Source: an uncultured Gemmatimonadaceae bacterium (GTDB taxonomy: Bacteria; Gemmatimonadota; Gemmatimonadetes; Gemmatimonadales; Gemmatimonadaceae). From it: DNA of 64,000 nucleotides. The translations under genes and the position numbers were made by a program. The notes below the pieces were generated by a model. It did not search any database and was not told where the DNA came from. It saw only the letters and a program-made list of their open reading frames with translations. The DNA lies in contig CAWHHI010000004.1 of the NCBI GenBank assembly GCA_963829055.1, positions 867,433-931,432 on the forward strand, written 5' to 3'. This document shows, piece by piece, positions 1 through 9,549 of the stretch (its first letter is position 1; each line of letters starts with the position of its first letter).

Positions 1-19
1 CGCTTCGAGTACGAGCAGA

Positions 20-1306
20 ATGCTCTACGACCATCTCACCGGCCTCCCTACGCTGCCGGTGATGATCGAACGGTCGCGCGCGCTCATCAAGGAGCGCGGC
101 GAGATGATCGTGCTGTACTTCAACTTCGTGCGCTACTCGAAGATCGAGGAGATCTACGGGTGGGAAAAGCTCGACGCGGTGCTGGAGACGACGGCGCAGG
201 CGGTCCGGGAATTTCTGGACGCGAGCGTCCTCCGCTCGTCTCGGGTGATGGTGAGCTTCACCAACGACGACGACTTCGTCTTTTTCCACGTGCCGGCACC
301 TAACGTTGCCGCCGTGACGGATGCGGAGATCACGGATCTCGTACCGAAGCTCCAGGAATTCGTCGGCGGACGCATCGAGACGACGCATGGCGAGGAGATC
401 GCGTCGCTGTTCGAGATCTACGTCGGCCGGGCGCACGTGTATTACAACCCGAAGATCCGGCTGCAACGGCTGATCTATCGGGGTATTCGTGAGGCGGCGA
501 ACGCGGCCAAGGGGATCGAGCAGCGCGAGCGCGGACGCCGCGTGGACGATCTCAAACGGAGCCTGCGCGAACGCGCGGTCTACGTCGATCTGCATCCGAT
601 CCTGCTCGCGGAATCGCGTCAGGTCTACGGGTATGAGGCGCTCGCGCGCGGGACGCTCCGCACGCTGCGGAGCCCGGAGATCATGTTCGACGTCGCCGCC
701 GAGGCGGATCTCTTGTGGGAGCTCGGTCGGCTGTGTCGGAGCCGCGCCATCGAGGCGATGAAGACGCGCCTAACGCGCGGTGAGTTCCTGTTCCTGAACG
801 TCGATCCGCACGACTTCGCCGACCCGCAGTTCAGCCAGCTCGACCAGGAAGTGCCGGACCCGAGCCGTGTCGTCATCGAGATCACGGAGCGGACGGCGAT
901 CAAGGACTATCCGAAGTTCCGCGAGCGTCTGAGCGCCCTGCGCGAACGCGGCTACCGCTTCGCGGTCGACGACGCCGGGAGTGGCTACGCCGGTCTCGGC
1001 TCGATCGCGAACCTCGAGCCCGATTTCATCAAGCTCGACATCTCGCTGATCAACTGCATCGACACGAACTTCATCAAGCAGAATCTCGTGGAGACGATGG
1101 TGCGGTTCGCGAACGATCAGGGCGCGAAGGTGATCGCCGAGGGTGTGGAGCGCGCGGAGGAGTACGAGACGGTGAAGCAGCTTGGCGTGCACATGGTCCA
1201 GGGGTTCTTCCTGCATCGTCCGTCGGAGAACGCGGTGGCGCGCACGGGAGAGCACGCCGCGAGCCGCCCGTCGGATACCATCGCGCACGTCGGCGGAAAG
1301 ACCTGA
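20..1306 (+). CDS. EAL-domain c-di-GMP phosphodiesterase with degenerate N-terminal GGDEF-like domain (start may lie upstream of the window)
   Basis: YDHLTGLP at the start. EAL motifs GYEALARG, EITE, DDAGSGY, IKLD, AEGVE, QGF. The GGDEF position reads NDDDF. Confidence 0.88.
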   Translation: MLYDHLTGLPTLPVMIERSRALIKERGEMIVLYFNFVRYSKIEEIYGWEKLDAVLETTAQAVREFLDASVLRSSRVMVSFTNDDDFVFFHVPAPNVAAVTDAEITDLVPKLQEFVGGRIETTHGEEIASLFEIYVGRAHVYYNPKIRLQRLIYRGIREAANAAKGIEQRERGRRVDDLKRSLRERAVYVDLHPILLAESRQVYGYEALARGTLRTLRSPEIMFDVAAEADLLWELGRLCRSRAIEAMKTRLTRGEFLFLNVDPHDFADPQFSQLDQEVPDPSRVVIEITERTAIKDYPKFRERLSALRERGYRFAVDDAGSGYAGLGSIANLEPDFIKLDISLINCIDTNFIKQNLVETMVRFANDQGAKVIAEGVERAEEYETVKQLGVHMVQGFFLHRPSENAVARTGEHAASRPSDTIAHVGGKT

Positions 1307-1308
1307 CG

Positions 1309-1404
1309 GTCGTCCCGAGCATTCGCGAAGGATCATTTGTGATGCAATCGTGGCCGCGGCTGGCCACGGTCATACTCGAGCATCCCTCGCCGACGCTCGG
1401 ATGA
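1309..1404. repeat. Degenerate REP-like palindromic element (GTCRTCCCGAGC...CATCCCTCG...CGCTCGGATGA)
   Basis: Ends resemble the element at 1618-1678. Internal CGTGGCC...GGCCACG hairpin. Confidence 0.5.
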
Positions 1405-1424
1405 GAACCACATAAAGAACGGCC

Positions 1425-1516
1425 GACAGGATTGCAGGATTGGCAGGATTGACAGAGATGTCTCAGGGACGGCGCGATCCGCCTGCCGGCAATCCTGTCA
1501 ATCCTGCAATCCTGTC
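1425..1516. repeat. Inverted repeat built from CAGGATTG units
   Basis: GACAGGATTGCAGGATTGGCAGGATTG (1425-1451) is the reverse complement, with one mismatch, of CAATCCTGTCAATCCTGCAATCCTGTC (1490-1516). Confidence 0.85.
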
Positions 1517-1617
1517 TCTTGTGTTGTTTGCTTTTCCTGTCGGCTCAGCGATTACGTCTGGTTACGGGAACTTCCGTGAGGCCATCGTAGCCAGTCCGGC
1601 CACGATGACGGTCGAGA

Positions 1618-1678
1618 AGATCCCTCGCTGACGCTACGCGGACGCTCGGGATGACAGCGCTGACGCTCGGGATGACAA
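1618..1678. repeat. REP-like half elements AGATCCCTCG...CGCTCGGGATGAC, with the end duplicated in tandem
   Basis: GACGCTCGGGATGACA occurs twice, just beyond the waaA stop codon. Confidence 0.6.
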
Positions 1679-1691
1679 CGAATCCGATCGC

Positions 1692-2987
1692 CTAACGCGA
1701 TGTCCCGCCAAGAAGCTCGGAGACGATCTCCCACGACCGCTCCGCCGCGCCCAGTCCGCCCTCGACGAGATCGCGCGCCGCGCGTCCTGTCTCCGCCCGC
1801 AGGCCATCATCGGAGAGCCAATCCGTCAACCGTGTCTCGATCGCCGCTGCGCTGTCGGCGGTCGCGCCACCACCCGCGGTGATGAGCAGCTCCGCGTCGC
1901 GACTGTTCGTGAAGCGCGGCCCGAACAACACCGGCACGCCGAACGCGGCCGGTTCGAGCACGGAGTGTAGTCCCGCCGAGTGAAAGCCGCCGCCAACGTA
2001 GGCGACGCTCGCGAGTGCATACAGATCCCCGAGCACGCCGACGCGATCGACGATCACGACGTCCGCGACAGCCGCGTCAGGCGCCCCGAGACGCGCGCCG
2101 CGCAATCCCGCATCGATCGCCCATCGTTCGACCGGTCGCACGTGCGCGTCCGTCGGCTCGTGAGGCGCGATGATGAGTCGAGCGTCCGGGAGTGCCGCCA
2201 TGACCCGGGCCCACGCCGCCAGGAGCGGTCGCTCGTCCGCTGGCCACGTCGACCCCGCAACGAGCGTCGGGCGGTCAGACGCGAGTGCGGCGACAAATCC
2301 CGTCGCGCGATCGACCGCACGTACACGTGCCCACACCTGGTCGTACCGTGTGTCGCCGGTAACGGTGATGCGATCGTGCCGCACGCCCAGCTCGACGAGC
2401 CGCTCGGCATCGCGCGCGTCGATCGCACCAACAACGTTCAGCCGGGCATACGCGTCGGTCAGCAATCGCGCCGCGACACCGCGCCGCCGCGATGAGCCTT
2501 CAGCCAGCGTTGCACTGACGAGCCCCAGGGCGACGCCGCGCTCGGCCGCGACGCGGGCGAGGTTCGGCCACACATCGAGTTTGCTGAACACCAGTGCACG
2601 TGGCTGGAGCGCGTTCAACGCGGATCGCGCCTCACCCTCGGTGTCGAACGGCAGGTAGTCCGCGAAGTCGACGTCCAGGCCGCGCGCGAACGCCGCCGCG
2701 CTCGGCGAGAAGAACGTATAGGCCAGCTGCGCGTCGGGTCGCTTCGCGCGCGCGATCTGAAGCACGGGGCGCGCCTGCAATCCTTCGCCAACGGAGGGCG
2801 CGTGCATCCACAGCAGGGGTCGCGTGCCGTCGCGATGGGTCGCGCCCCAGTGTGCATAACGCGTACGAATGTCGCGACGGCCGCGCAGGGCCCGCAGAAT
2901 CTTTGCGTCGCCGTTCGGTGCGAGTGCCGCGAGCATGCGCGCGAGCTGTCCTGCCGCGTCGTAGCCGATCCGGAGTACGGCGTCCAC
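1692..2987 (-). CDS. waaA: 3-deoxy-D-manno-octulosonic acid (Kdo) transferase
   Basis: Motifs WMHAPSVGE, DYLPFD, GDTRYD, AGSTW, IAPHEP, VGGGF...HSVLEPAAFGVPVLFGP. GTG start inferred. Confidence 0.88.
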   Translation of the reverse strand: MDAVLRIGYDAAGQLARMLAALAPNGDAKILRALRGRRDIRTRYAHWGATHRDGTRPLLWMHAPSVGEGLQARPVLQIARAKRPDAQLAYTFFSPSAAAFARGLDVDFADYLPFDTEGEARSALNALQPRALVFSKLDVWPNLARVAAERGVALGLVSATLAEGSSRRRGVAARLLTDAYARLNVVGAIDARDAERLVELGVRHDRITVTGDTRYDQVWARVRAVDRATGFVAALASDRPTLVAGSTWPADERPLLAAWARVMAALPDARLIIAPHEPTDAHVRPVERWAIDAGLRGARLGAPDAAVADVVIVDRVGVLGDLYALASVAYVGGGFHSAGLHSVLEPAAFGVPVLFGPRFTNSRDAELLITAGGGATADSAAAIETRLTDWLSDDGLRAETGRAARDLVEGGLGAAERSWEIVSELLGGTSR

Positions 2988-3016
2988 GGCGCGCAGCGGT
3001 CGCGAGCCGAGTGCGG

Positions 3017-3764
3017 CTACTTCGTGCCGGCGGTGGCCAGCGCGGCGTCGAGGACCTTCCTCAGGTCCGCCGGCATCTGTACGCCTTCGAGGAGTTGGTT
3101 GCCGATGAAGAACGACGGCGTCGCGCGGACACCGGCCCGCGTGGCTTTCTCGTGATCGGCCTCGATCAGCGGCAGCATCTTGTGCGACGACACGCACGAT
3201 CGGAGTGCCGTGGGCTCGGCACCGACGGACAGGCGCGAGCGAATCGAGGATGGGACCGGGTTTGGGAAGCGGCACCCATTTATCCTGCGCCGCGAACAGC
3301 GCGTCGTGCATCTCCCAGAACTTGTTCTGCGCGGCGGCGCACATGGCGTACTCGGCCGCTGGAATCGCGTTCTGATGACTACCGATCGGGTAGTTGATGA
3401 ACGCAAGACGAACTTTGCCGTTGTCGATGTACTCGCGGCGGATCGTCATGTCCGCCGAGTCGTGCCACATCTTACAATACGGGCATTGGAAGTCGCTGGA
3501 GAGAATCATCCAGACTTTCGCGTTCGGATTCCCTCGAATGCGTGCGCTGTCCGCGCGAGCGACCAACGGGTCGACCGACGAGCCGGTAGTCGATGGTGTC
3601 GAAGCCGATGACGCATCGCTCGCGGGCGCCTGCGCGCTCGGCGACGCGGCCGCTGCAGGTGTAGCGCTCTCGACAGTGGCAGGAGCGGATTTCGCGGTGG
3701 CGTCACCAGCACCTTTGCAGGCGGAGAGGAGAGCGATCGCGATGATGCGAAGGGAGATTGTCAT
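3017..3764 (-). CDS. DsbA-family thioredoxin lipoprotein (frameshift near 3235)
   Basis: Lipobox LLSAC and SDFQCPYC active site. The C-terminus GVRATPSFFIG is in another frame. Confidence 0.85.
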
Positions 3765-4081
3765 CGATGAGTGTCGGAACGAGTCGGCGCGTCTCGGAAG
3801 GCCACGAACGGCTGATCGACGCGGCGACTGCAGAGGCGCCGTAAAGATATCGCCAGTGGGACCTAAGTCGCTACGTGTGCGTTTCATCACCGATCTGTAC
3901 AGGGCATACCTCTTGCACCCCGGCTCGCTGGAACTCGCGCGCGCGATGCCGGCGATGCGAGGTGGAAAACGACGAAGCACTCGATAGTATCGGTGCTGTC
4001 GTGGTGAGTGGTCGCTCGCGGTTCGTGCTGGCGCGCGCTTCGCGAACTATGCCGGTTCGCTTCACTAGCTCGGGAGGGCTC

Positions 4082-5329
4082 ATGCGCAAACCGCCGCGGG
4101 GCGTAACGTGGTCGTTGGTCGCGTGCGCGGCTGTCGCCATGGCGTCCGTAGCCAGTGCGCAGCAAGTGGAGCCGTATGGCCAGACGATGCAATTCGGTGC
4201 CGGCTACATCAACACGCCTGCCGCGTGGGTCTCGCGACGGTCCGCGGATTCGTGGCTCACGCTTTCCGCGAAGGACTTGCCCTCGTCCGGCGACGGCAGT
4301 CAGGGCAGTCTCGCGACTCGTCTCAACTCCAATCTCGCACTCGATACGCATTGGGGCGGACGCGTCTCGATCGGAGCTTCGCTCTATAGCCAGAACCCGG
4401 AGTGGGGCATCTTCGGACAGGCGCTCGTGCTGCGCGACGGCGACCTGGGTTTTCTTCCGGATTTCGCCATCGGTGCGCGGAACATCGGCCGCTTCAAGCA
4501 CGAGGATCGCTTCCTGATCGGGCACGACGTCGTGCTCGACAGCACCGGCAAGTACGACGACGTCGTCGTCGCGCGGTATGCGGGCTTCAAGACGGCGCCC
4601 ACGCTGTATGCGGTGCTGACGAAGAACGTGCCGCTCGCCGGGTACTCGGAGCGAGGCCAGAAGTCGATGTCGTTCAGTCTTGGTTACGGCAACGGCCTGT
4701 TTCGGGACGATGGCGGTCTCGGCGACCAGTACAACAACAGCGGTACGATCGCCCGCGGCCTGTTCCTCGGCAGCCGACTCGTTATGCACCCGTGGGAGGG
4801 CGGCGCCCTGACCGTGCTCGCGGAGAACGATGGCTGGGACTGGAACGCCGGCGTCGTGGCCGAGTGGCGCGGCGTGACGTTCGGGTTGTACGGGACGGAG
4901 CTCGAGGCCGGAGGTCGGAACGGCGAGAGCGAAGGCTTCAACGTGTACAACTACACGAAGGTCAACTTTGCTATCGGCTACAGCGGCAATGTTCGCGACA
5001 TCTCGCACGGCGTCGTTCTCCGCTCGCACATCACCGAGATGACGCGCGAATCGCAGCGCCTCCGCTACGAGATCTCGTCACGAGAACGTCGCATCCAGAA
5101 GCTCGAGGTCGAACTCGCCAGCGCGCGTCAGGGCGAGCTCGCCCAGCTCGAGAGGCGCCGGCAGCAGTTGGAGATCGACCTGCAGGCGGAGCGAGAGGCC
5201 ATCAAGCGCGCGAACGACCGCCTGAAAGAGCTGGAGCAGAGCGGTGTACGCCCCCCGGCGACGAAGCCTCCTCCGAATCCACCGGCCAATCCGCCGACGA
5301 CGCAACCGCCGGCGGGGAGGCAACCGTGA
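4082..5329 (+). CDS. Secreted putative outer-membrane beta-barrel (YjbH-like N-terminus) with C-terminal coiled coil
   Basis: Signal peptide ending ASA-QQ, GYINTPAAWV motif, amphipathic beta strands, heptad-rich C-terminus and Pro tail. Confidence 0.6.
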   Translation: MRKPPRGVTWSLVACAAVAMASVASAQQVEPYGQTMQFGAGYINTPAAWVSRRSADSWLTLSAKDLPSSGDGSQGSLATRLNSNLALDTHWGGRVSIGASLYSQNPEWGIFGQALVLRDGDLGFLPDFAIGARNIGRFKHEDRFLIGHDVVLDSTGKYDDVVVARYAGFKTAPTLYAVLTKNVPLAGYSERGQKSMSFSLGYGNGLFRDDGGLGDQYNNSGTIARGLFLGSRLVMHPWEGGALTVLAENDGWDWNAGVVAEWRGVTFGLYGTELEAGGRNGESEGFNVYNYTKVNFAIGYSGNVRDISHGVVLRSHITEMTRESQRLRYEISSRERRIQKLEVELASARQGELAQLERRRQQLEIDLQAEREAIKRANDRLKELEQSGVRPPATKPPPNPPANPPTTQPPAGRQP

Positions 5330-6529
5330 CGATCTTCCGTTCGCTCCGTCACCTGGCCATCGCGGCCGCGGCGTTAGGTATCGTGCCTGGCGCCGTGCGC
5401 GCGCAGCAGGACTTCCCGCAGACGCTCTACTGGGGCTCCGGGCTGATCGATATCCCCGTGGCGTGGGTGTCGCCGCTCACTGGCGACTTCTCGTTCGGCT
5501 ATTCGGGTAAGGGGTTCCGCGTGGACCCGGTCGCGACGAAGCTCAATTACGACGACCGTCTCAATTCGCAGCTGACGCTCTCGACGTCGCTGCTCGGCCG
5601 GCTCGAAGGCGGGGTCGCGTTCTTTTCGAGCAACCCGGAGTACGGCTTCTTCGTGCGCGGCCTACTCGTTAGGCAGGAAGACCTCGAAGCACGCGGCGGA
5701 GCGCTCCGGTGGTTCCCCGCGGTGGCGGTCGGCATGCGAAACCTCGGCAAGTACGAACACATCGATCGCTTCGGCGTCGGGTACGCGCTACTGCCGCCGA
5801 CGGCGGACAGCCCGGACGCGCGTCACGAGCCGGACTCCCTGCATCTGAACTTCGACACCGCGCCGACGTTGTACGCCGTGGCCACGAAGAGCCTGACGCT
5901 GAACCAGATCCGCGACACCTGGCCGAACCTCGGGGTGAGCCTCACGCTGGGCTTCGGCAACGGCTTGTTCCGTGACGACGGCGATCTCGGCGCGTCCTAC
6001 GCGAAGAACGCGACAGGCGGGCTGTTCTACGGTGCGACCGTGGACCTTCCGGTGTCGCCGGACCTCCGCTTCACCCTGCTGGCCGAGAACAACGCGTGGG
6101 ACTTCAACGTTGGTGCGACTGCCGCGTACCGCGGGCTCCACGCTGGCCTGTACGTCACCGAGTTAGGCGCCGGGTCGAGCTCTTCGTCGACTCCGTTCTA
6201 CAACTACCGAAAAGTCGCGTTCAGCCTCGGTTGGCAGAGCAACATCCTCGCGCTGCTGCACGGGGATTTCTTGCAGAAACGAGCGGACCTCCTGGCGCGT
6301 GAGCGCGAGCAGCTCCTCAAGGACATCAGCGAGCGCCAACGCCGCGTGGCGGCACTGCAGCTCGAGCTCGATCGGTACGAGGCACAGAATCTGCTCGAGC
6401 TGGAGCAGCGCCGCGCGGCTGCCGAGCTACAGCTGCGAACGGAGCGGGATGCACTGCGCCGTCTCGAGGACCGGCTGAAGCGCGTGGAGCAGCAACGCGG
6501 CACGATCGCCGCCGCCTCCACAACCGTAG
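5326..6529 (+). CDS. Paralog of the upstream putative barrel/coiled-coil protein (frameshift just before the stop)
   Basis: GTG overlaps the upstream stop. Shares GLIDIPVAWVS, APTLYAV, GFGNGLFRDDG, AENNAWDFN with 4082-5329. PPPPQP-TAG lies in a shifted frame. Confidence 0.65.
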
Positions 6530-6571
6530 CCGATGTCGATGCATCGATTCTCAAACGGCGGGAAGCCTCCC

Positions 6572-7270
6572 ATGATCAGACGCGTACTGTTCGCCGTAGC
6601 GGCGGCGGCGCTCGCACTGCCGAGCGCCGCAACGCGCACTGCGCTCGCGCAGACGGACGCGACGTACAAAGCGAAGCGCGAGCAGCTCTCGAAGGAGCTC
6701 GCGGAGACGGAGAAGGCGCTCGCGGATGCGAAGGGGCAGCGCGTGCAGCTCCAGGCACGGCTCGAGAGTCTCATCGCGCAGGCCATGCAGGAGCGCGCGC
6801 AGACGCTGCTGCTGAGCAACGAGCAGACGGCGCTCCAGCAACTCGACGCGCTGTTGGCGACGTCGCAGACGAATCTGCAGGCGCAGCGTGATCGCTTCGT
6901 GACGCTGTCGGATGCCGTCGGCGCGCGCACCGGGGCCACACTCGTCGTGCTGCTTCGCGCCGATTCGTCGCAGGCGCAGACGGTGCAGTCCGCGATCGTC
7001 ACGATCGACAGCGTTGCCGCGCCGCCGCGCACGTATTCCGCGCCGGCGTCAGGCGCGCTGTCGCGCGGCGCCGTGGATGAGCTCTTCCGCTCGTTCGTCG
7101 TTCCCACGGATCACTCGATCGCCGTCCAGATCACCGTCGATGGCCGGACGCTCACCGGCACGACGAGAGTTCCGGCGGCACGTCAGGCTGTCACGTACGT
7201 GCAATTCGCGGTGAGAAATGGTCAGGTGACCTCCTCCACATGGACGGGTCGCGGAACCGGGCCATTCTGA
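6572..7270 (+). CDS. Secreted coiled-coil plus beta-sandwich protein
   Basis: Signal peptide, long helical segment, then YSAPASGALSRGAVDELF. It recalls the small periplasmic protein preceding TPR genes in Glt-like clusters (recalled similarity). Confidence 0.65.
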   Translation: MIRRVLFAVAAAALALPSAATRTALAQTDATYKAKREQLSKELAETEKALADAKGQRVQLQARLESLIAQAMQERAQTLLLSNEQTALQQLDALLATSQTNLQAQRDRFVTLSDAVGARTGATLVVLLRADSSQAQTVQSAIVTIDSVAAPPRTYSAPASGALSRGAVDELFRSFVVPTDHSIAVQITVDGRTLTGTTRVPAARQAVTYVQFAVRNGQVTSSTWTGRGTGPF

Positions 7271-9543
7271 TGCGTGCCGTGCCGTTCACACTGCGTGTGA
7301 CGTTAGGCGCGGTCCTTGGCGCTTCGGCCGCGCATCTCACCGCACCCGTCGTGAGTGCGCAGTCGACGCGCCGGGATACCGCGCGCACGGTGATCATCGA
7401 CTCCGTGACCAAGACGTATGGAGATCCGCAGGCCGGTGTCCCGCGCGCCACGATGAGTGGCGCACCGGATCTGGCGCGAACGATCGACGCGGAAGTCCGG
7501 GTCGCGATGTTCGAGCTTGCGTCGGGCGAGGAGTTGCCCGCGCTCGCCCGTCTGGAACGCCTCTCGGCGCTCGTCCGCCAGGACTCGTCGGGTGCCGCGG
7601 GTCCGGAGCGCGCGGCGCTCCACTTCCTGCTGGCGCAGAGCTACTACCGACTCGGGATGATGGCGCCGTTCCGACGCGAGGCCGAAGCGTCGCTCGCGGC
7701 TGCACCCGCGCGTTACGCAACGCTGCTTCGCCCGCAACTCGTCATCGAGGCGTATCGCACCGGCGACTACGCCCGGGCGGCAACGCTCGCGCGCGACCTT
7801 CCTGCGGCAGAACAGAGTGGGCTGGGCGCGCTCGTCGCGGGACTGGCGGCGTATCAGTCGGGCGATGTGAACGGCGCGCGAGCTTCGTTCCAGCGCGCTG
7901 CCAGTAGCGGTGGTCAGTTCGCCACCTATGCGAAGTACATGGACGCCATCGCGCAGTTGCGCGCCGATACAGCGCACGCTGGCAACGGCGTCGCGTCGCT
8001 CGAGTCGGTCGCCAACAGCGCAACCGGACCATTCGCCGACCAGGTGCGGCTCACCGCCGCCCAGGTCGCGTACGAAGGCGAGCACTACGCGGATGCCGTA
8101 CGCCTGGCCTCAGCCGTGGGTGACAGTAGTCAGGTCGCTGCGCCGGCACTGCTGACGCGCGCCTGGGCGCTCTACAAGCTCGAACGCGTGGAGGACGCAC
8201 AGCGCGCCTTCAGCGAATTCGCTACGCGGTACGCGAGCCGGCCGGAGCGCGACGAAGCACAGCTCATGGCGGCGCAGGCACAGCTGGAGCTGGGCCGGTC
8301 CAGTGAGGCCGAGGCGACATTTCAGCGCGTCGCGGATTCATCGGCGGTGGACGTGACCGCGTTACAGGCGCAGACCAACGCCGCCATCGCCGACCTCTCG
8401 CGCGCGCTCGTCACGGATCGCGCGGCTGACCTGCTCGTCGTTGGTGATCCGAGCAACGCCAAGGCGCTCGTGTTGCGGGATTCGTCGGATGCGCTGGCGG
8501 TACTTGCGGCCGTTACTGGATCCGGCAATCCGACCTCTGTCGTCACGAGTCAGCCGACCGTCGTGGCCGCGTCCGCGGCCGCGCGACTCGACTCGATTGC
8601 CGGTCGTGCGACGCCAGCCGTTAGGCGCGTATTGTTCGCGCCGGTCTCGGCGACGCGGCAGCCGGGCGAGCTCGCCGTGCGGTCGCAGAATCTCGCGAGC
8701 GCGGATGCGGCGGTTGCCGTCGCCCGTCAGCAGCTCGCCGCCCAGTTGGAAGCGCAGCAGCGCGAGCTCGCGCTGCTGTCGCAGCTCTCAGGATCCCTCG
8801 CCGCCGACAGCATGGTCATCGGAGGGCTGGCTGCCCAGCATCAGGTTGTCGTGGACTCGATGGCCCGACTCGATCAGGTGCTGTCAGCCGCCGAAGCGCG
8901 TCTCCGTCAACTGTTCGGCCGCGAAGTGGAGGCGACGCGAATACAGGCGGCGGAGAACGCTCGTACTGCGGACAGCCTGCGGACGGCGCTCGCCGCCGGC
9001 GCGGACCCCGAGGGTAAGGCGGCGATCGAGGCCGAAGTCGCGACCGCGGCGGCGTACGCGCGCATTGCCGACATGGCAGCGAGTGGACTGGACAAGGCCA
9101 TTGCGCATCACCCCGCGTTCGTCCTGCGGGATTCGTTGCGCGCCCACGATGCGCACGCGAAGGTGCTGCTCGTGGAGTTGCAGGGTTCCTACACCGGCTC
9201 GCGTCGGGAGATCGATGCCGCAGTCGCTGCATTGCGCAGCGGTGACGGTCCGGCGGCTCGGGCGGCGCGTCAGGCTTTGACCGACGCCGAGGCTCGACGC
9301 ACGACGGTCGAAAACGAGGCGATCGCGGCAGTGACGGCGGAGCTTTCCGCACGCGCCACCGAGATGATCACAGGGCTTCAGCGCAACGGCGAGGCGGCGC
9401 AGTTCGGCGTCGCGAGCGCCGCCTTCTTCCGCGCCATTGACGGGACACGCGCCGTGGGTGGCGCCGGGTCGGGTGGTCGAGCGGGCACACCTGCCGATGC
9501 GTCGCCAGCGTCGCGCAACAGGGCTCCCGAGCGGAGGCGTTAG
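7270..9543 (+). CDS. Secreted TPR-repeat and coiled-coil protein (GltC-like)
   Basis: Signal peptide. TPR-like helices such as FLLAQSYYRLG and ALLTRAWALYKL. Start overlaps the upstream stop. Confidence 0.7.
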   Translation: MRAVPFTLRVTLGAVLGASAAHLTAPVVSAQSTRRDTARTVIIDSVTKTYGDPQAGVPRATMSGAPDLARTIDAEVRVAMFELASGEELPALARLERLSALVRQDSSGAAGPERAALHFLLAQSYYRLGMMAPFRREAEASLAAAPARYATLLRPQLVIEAYRTGDYARAATLARDLPAAEQSGLGALVAGLAAYQSGDVNGARASFQRAASSGGQFATYAKYMDAIAQLRADTAHAGNGVASLESVANSATGPFADQVRLTAAQVAYEGEHYADAVRLASAVGDSSQVAAPALLTRAWALYKLERVEDAQRAFSEFATRYASRPERDEAQLMAAQAQLELGRSSEAEATFQRVADSSAVDVTALQAQTNAAIADLSRALVTDRAADLLVVGDPSNAKALVLRDSSDALAVLAAVTGSGNPTSVVTSQPTVVAASAAARLDSIAGRATPAVRRVLFAPVSATRQPGELAVRSQNLASADAAVAVARQQLAAQLEAQQRELALLSQLSGSLAADSMVIGGLAAQHQVVVDSMARLDQVLSAAEARLRQLFGREVEATRIQAAENARTADSLRTALAAGADPEGKAAIEAEVATAAAYARIADMAASGLDKAIAHHPAFVLRDSLRAHDAHAKVLLVELQGSYTGSRREIDAAVAALRSGDGPAARAARQALTDAEARRTTVENEAIAAVTAELSARATEMITGLQRNGEAAQFGVASAAFFRAIDGTRAVGGAGSGGRAGTPADASPASRNRAPERRR

Positions 9544-9549
9544 GTGACC

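Noticed and set aside
1692..3980. 762-aa DsbA-WaaA fusion
   Set aside because: The DsbA C-terminus and its own stop (3017) are in another frame. The fusion comes from a frameshift.
4402..6891. 829-aa ORF
   Set aside because: Only 5326 to ~6510 is protein-like. The flanks are off-frame read-through of neighbouring genes.
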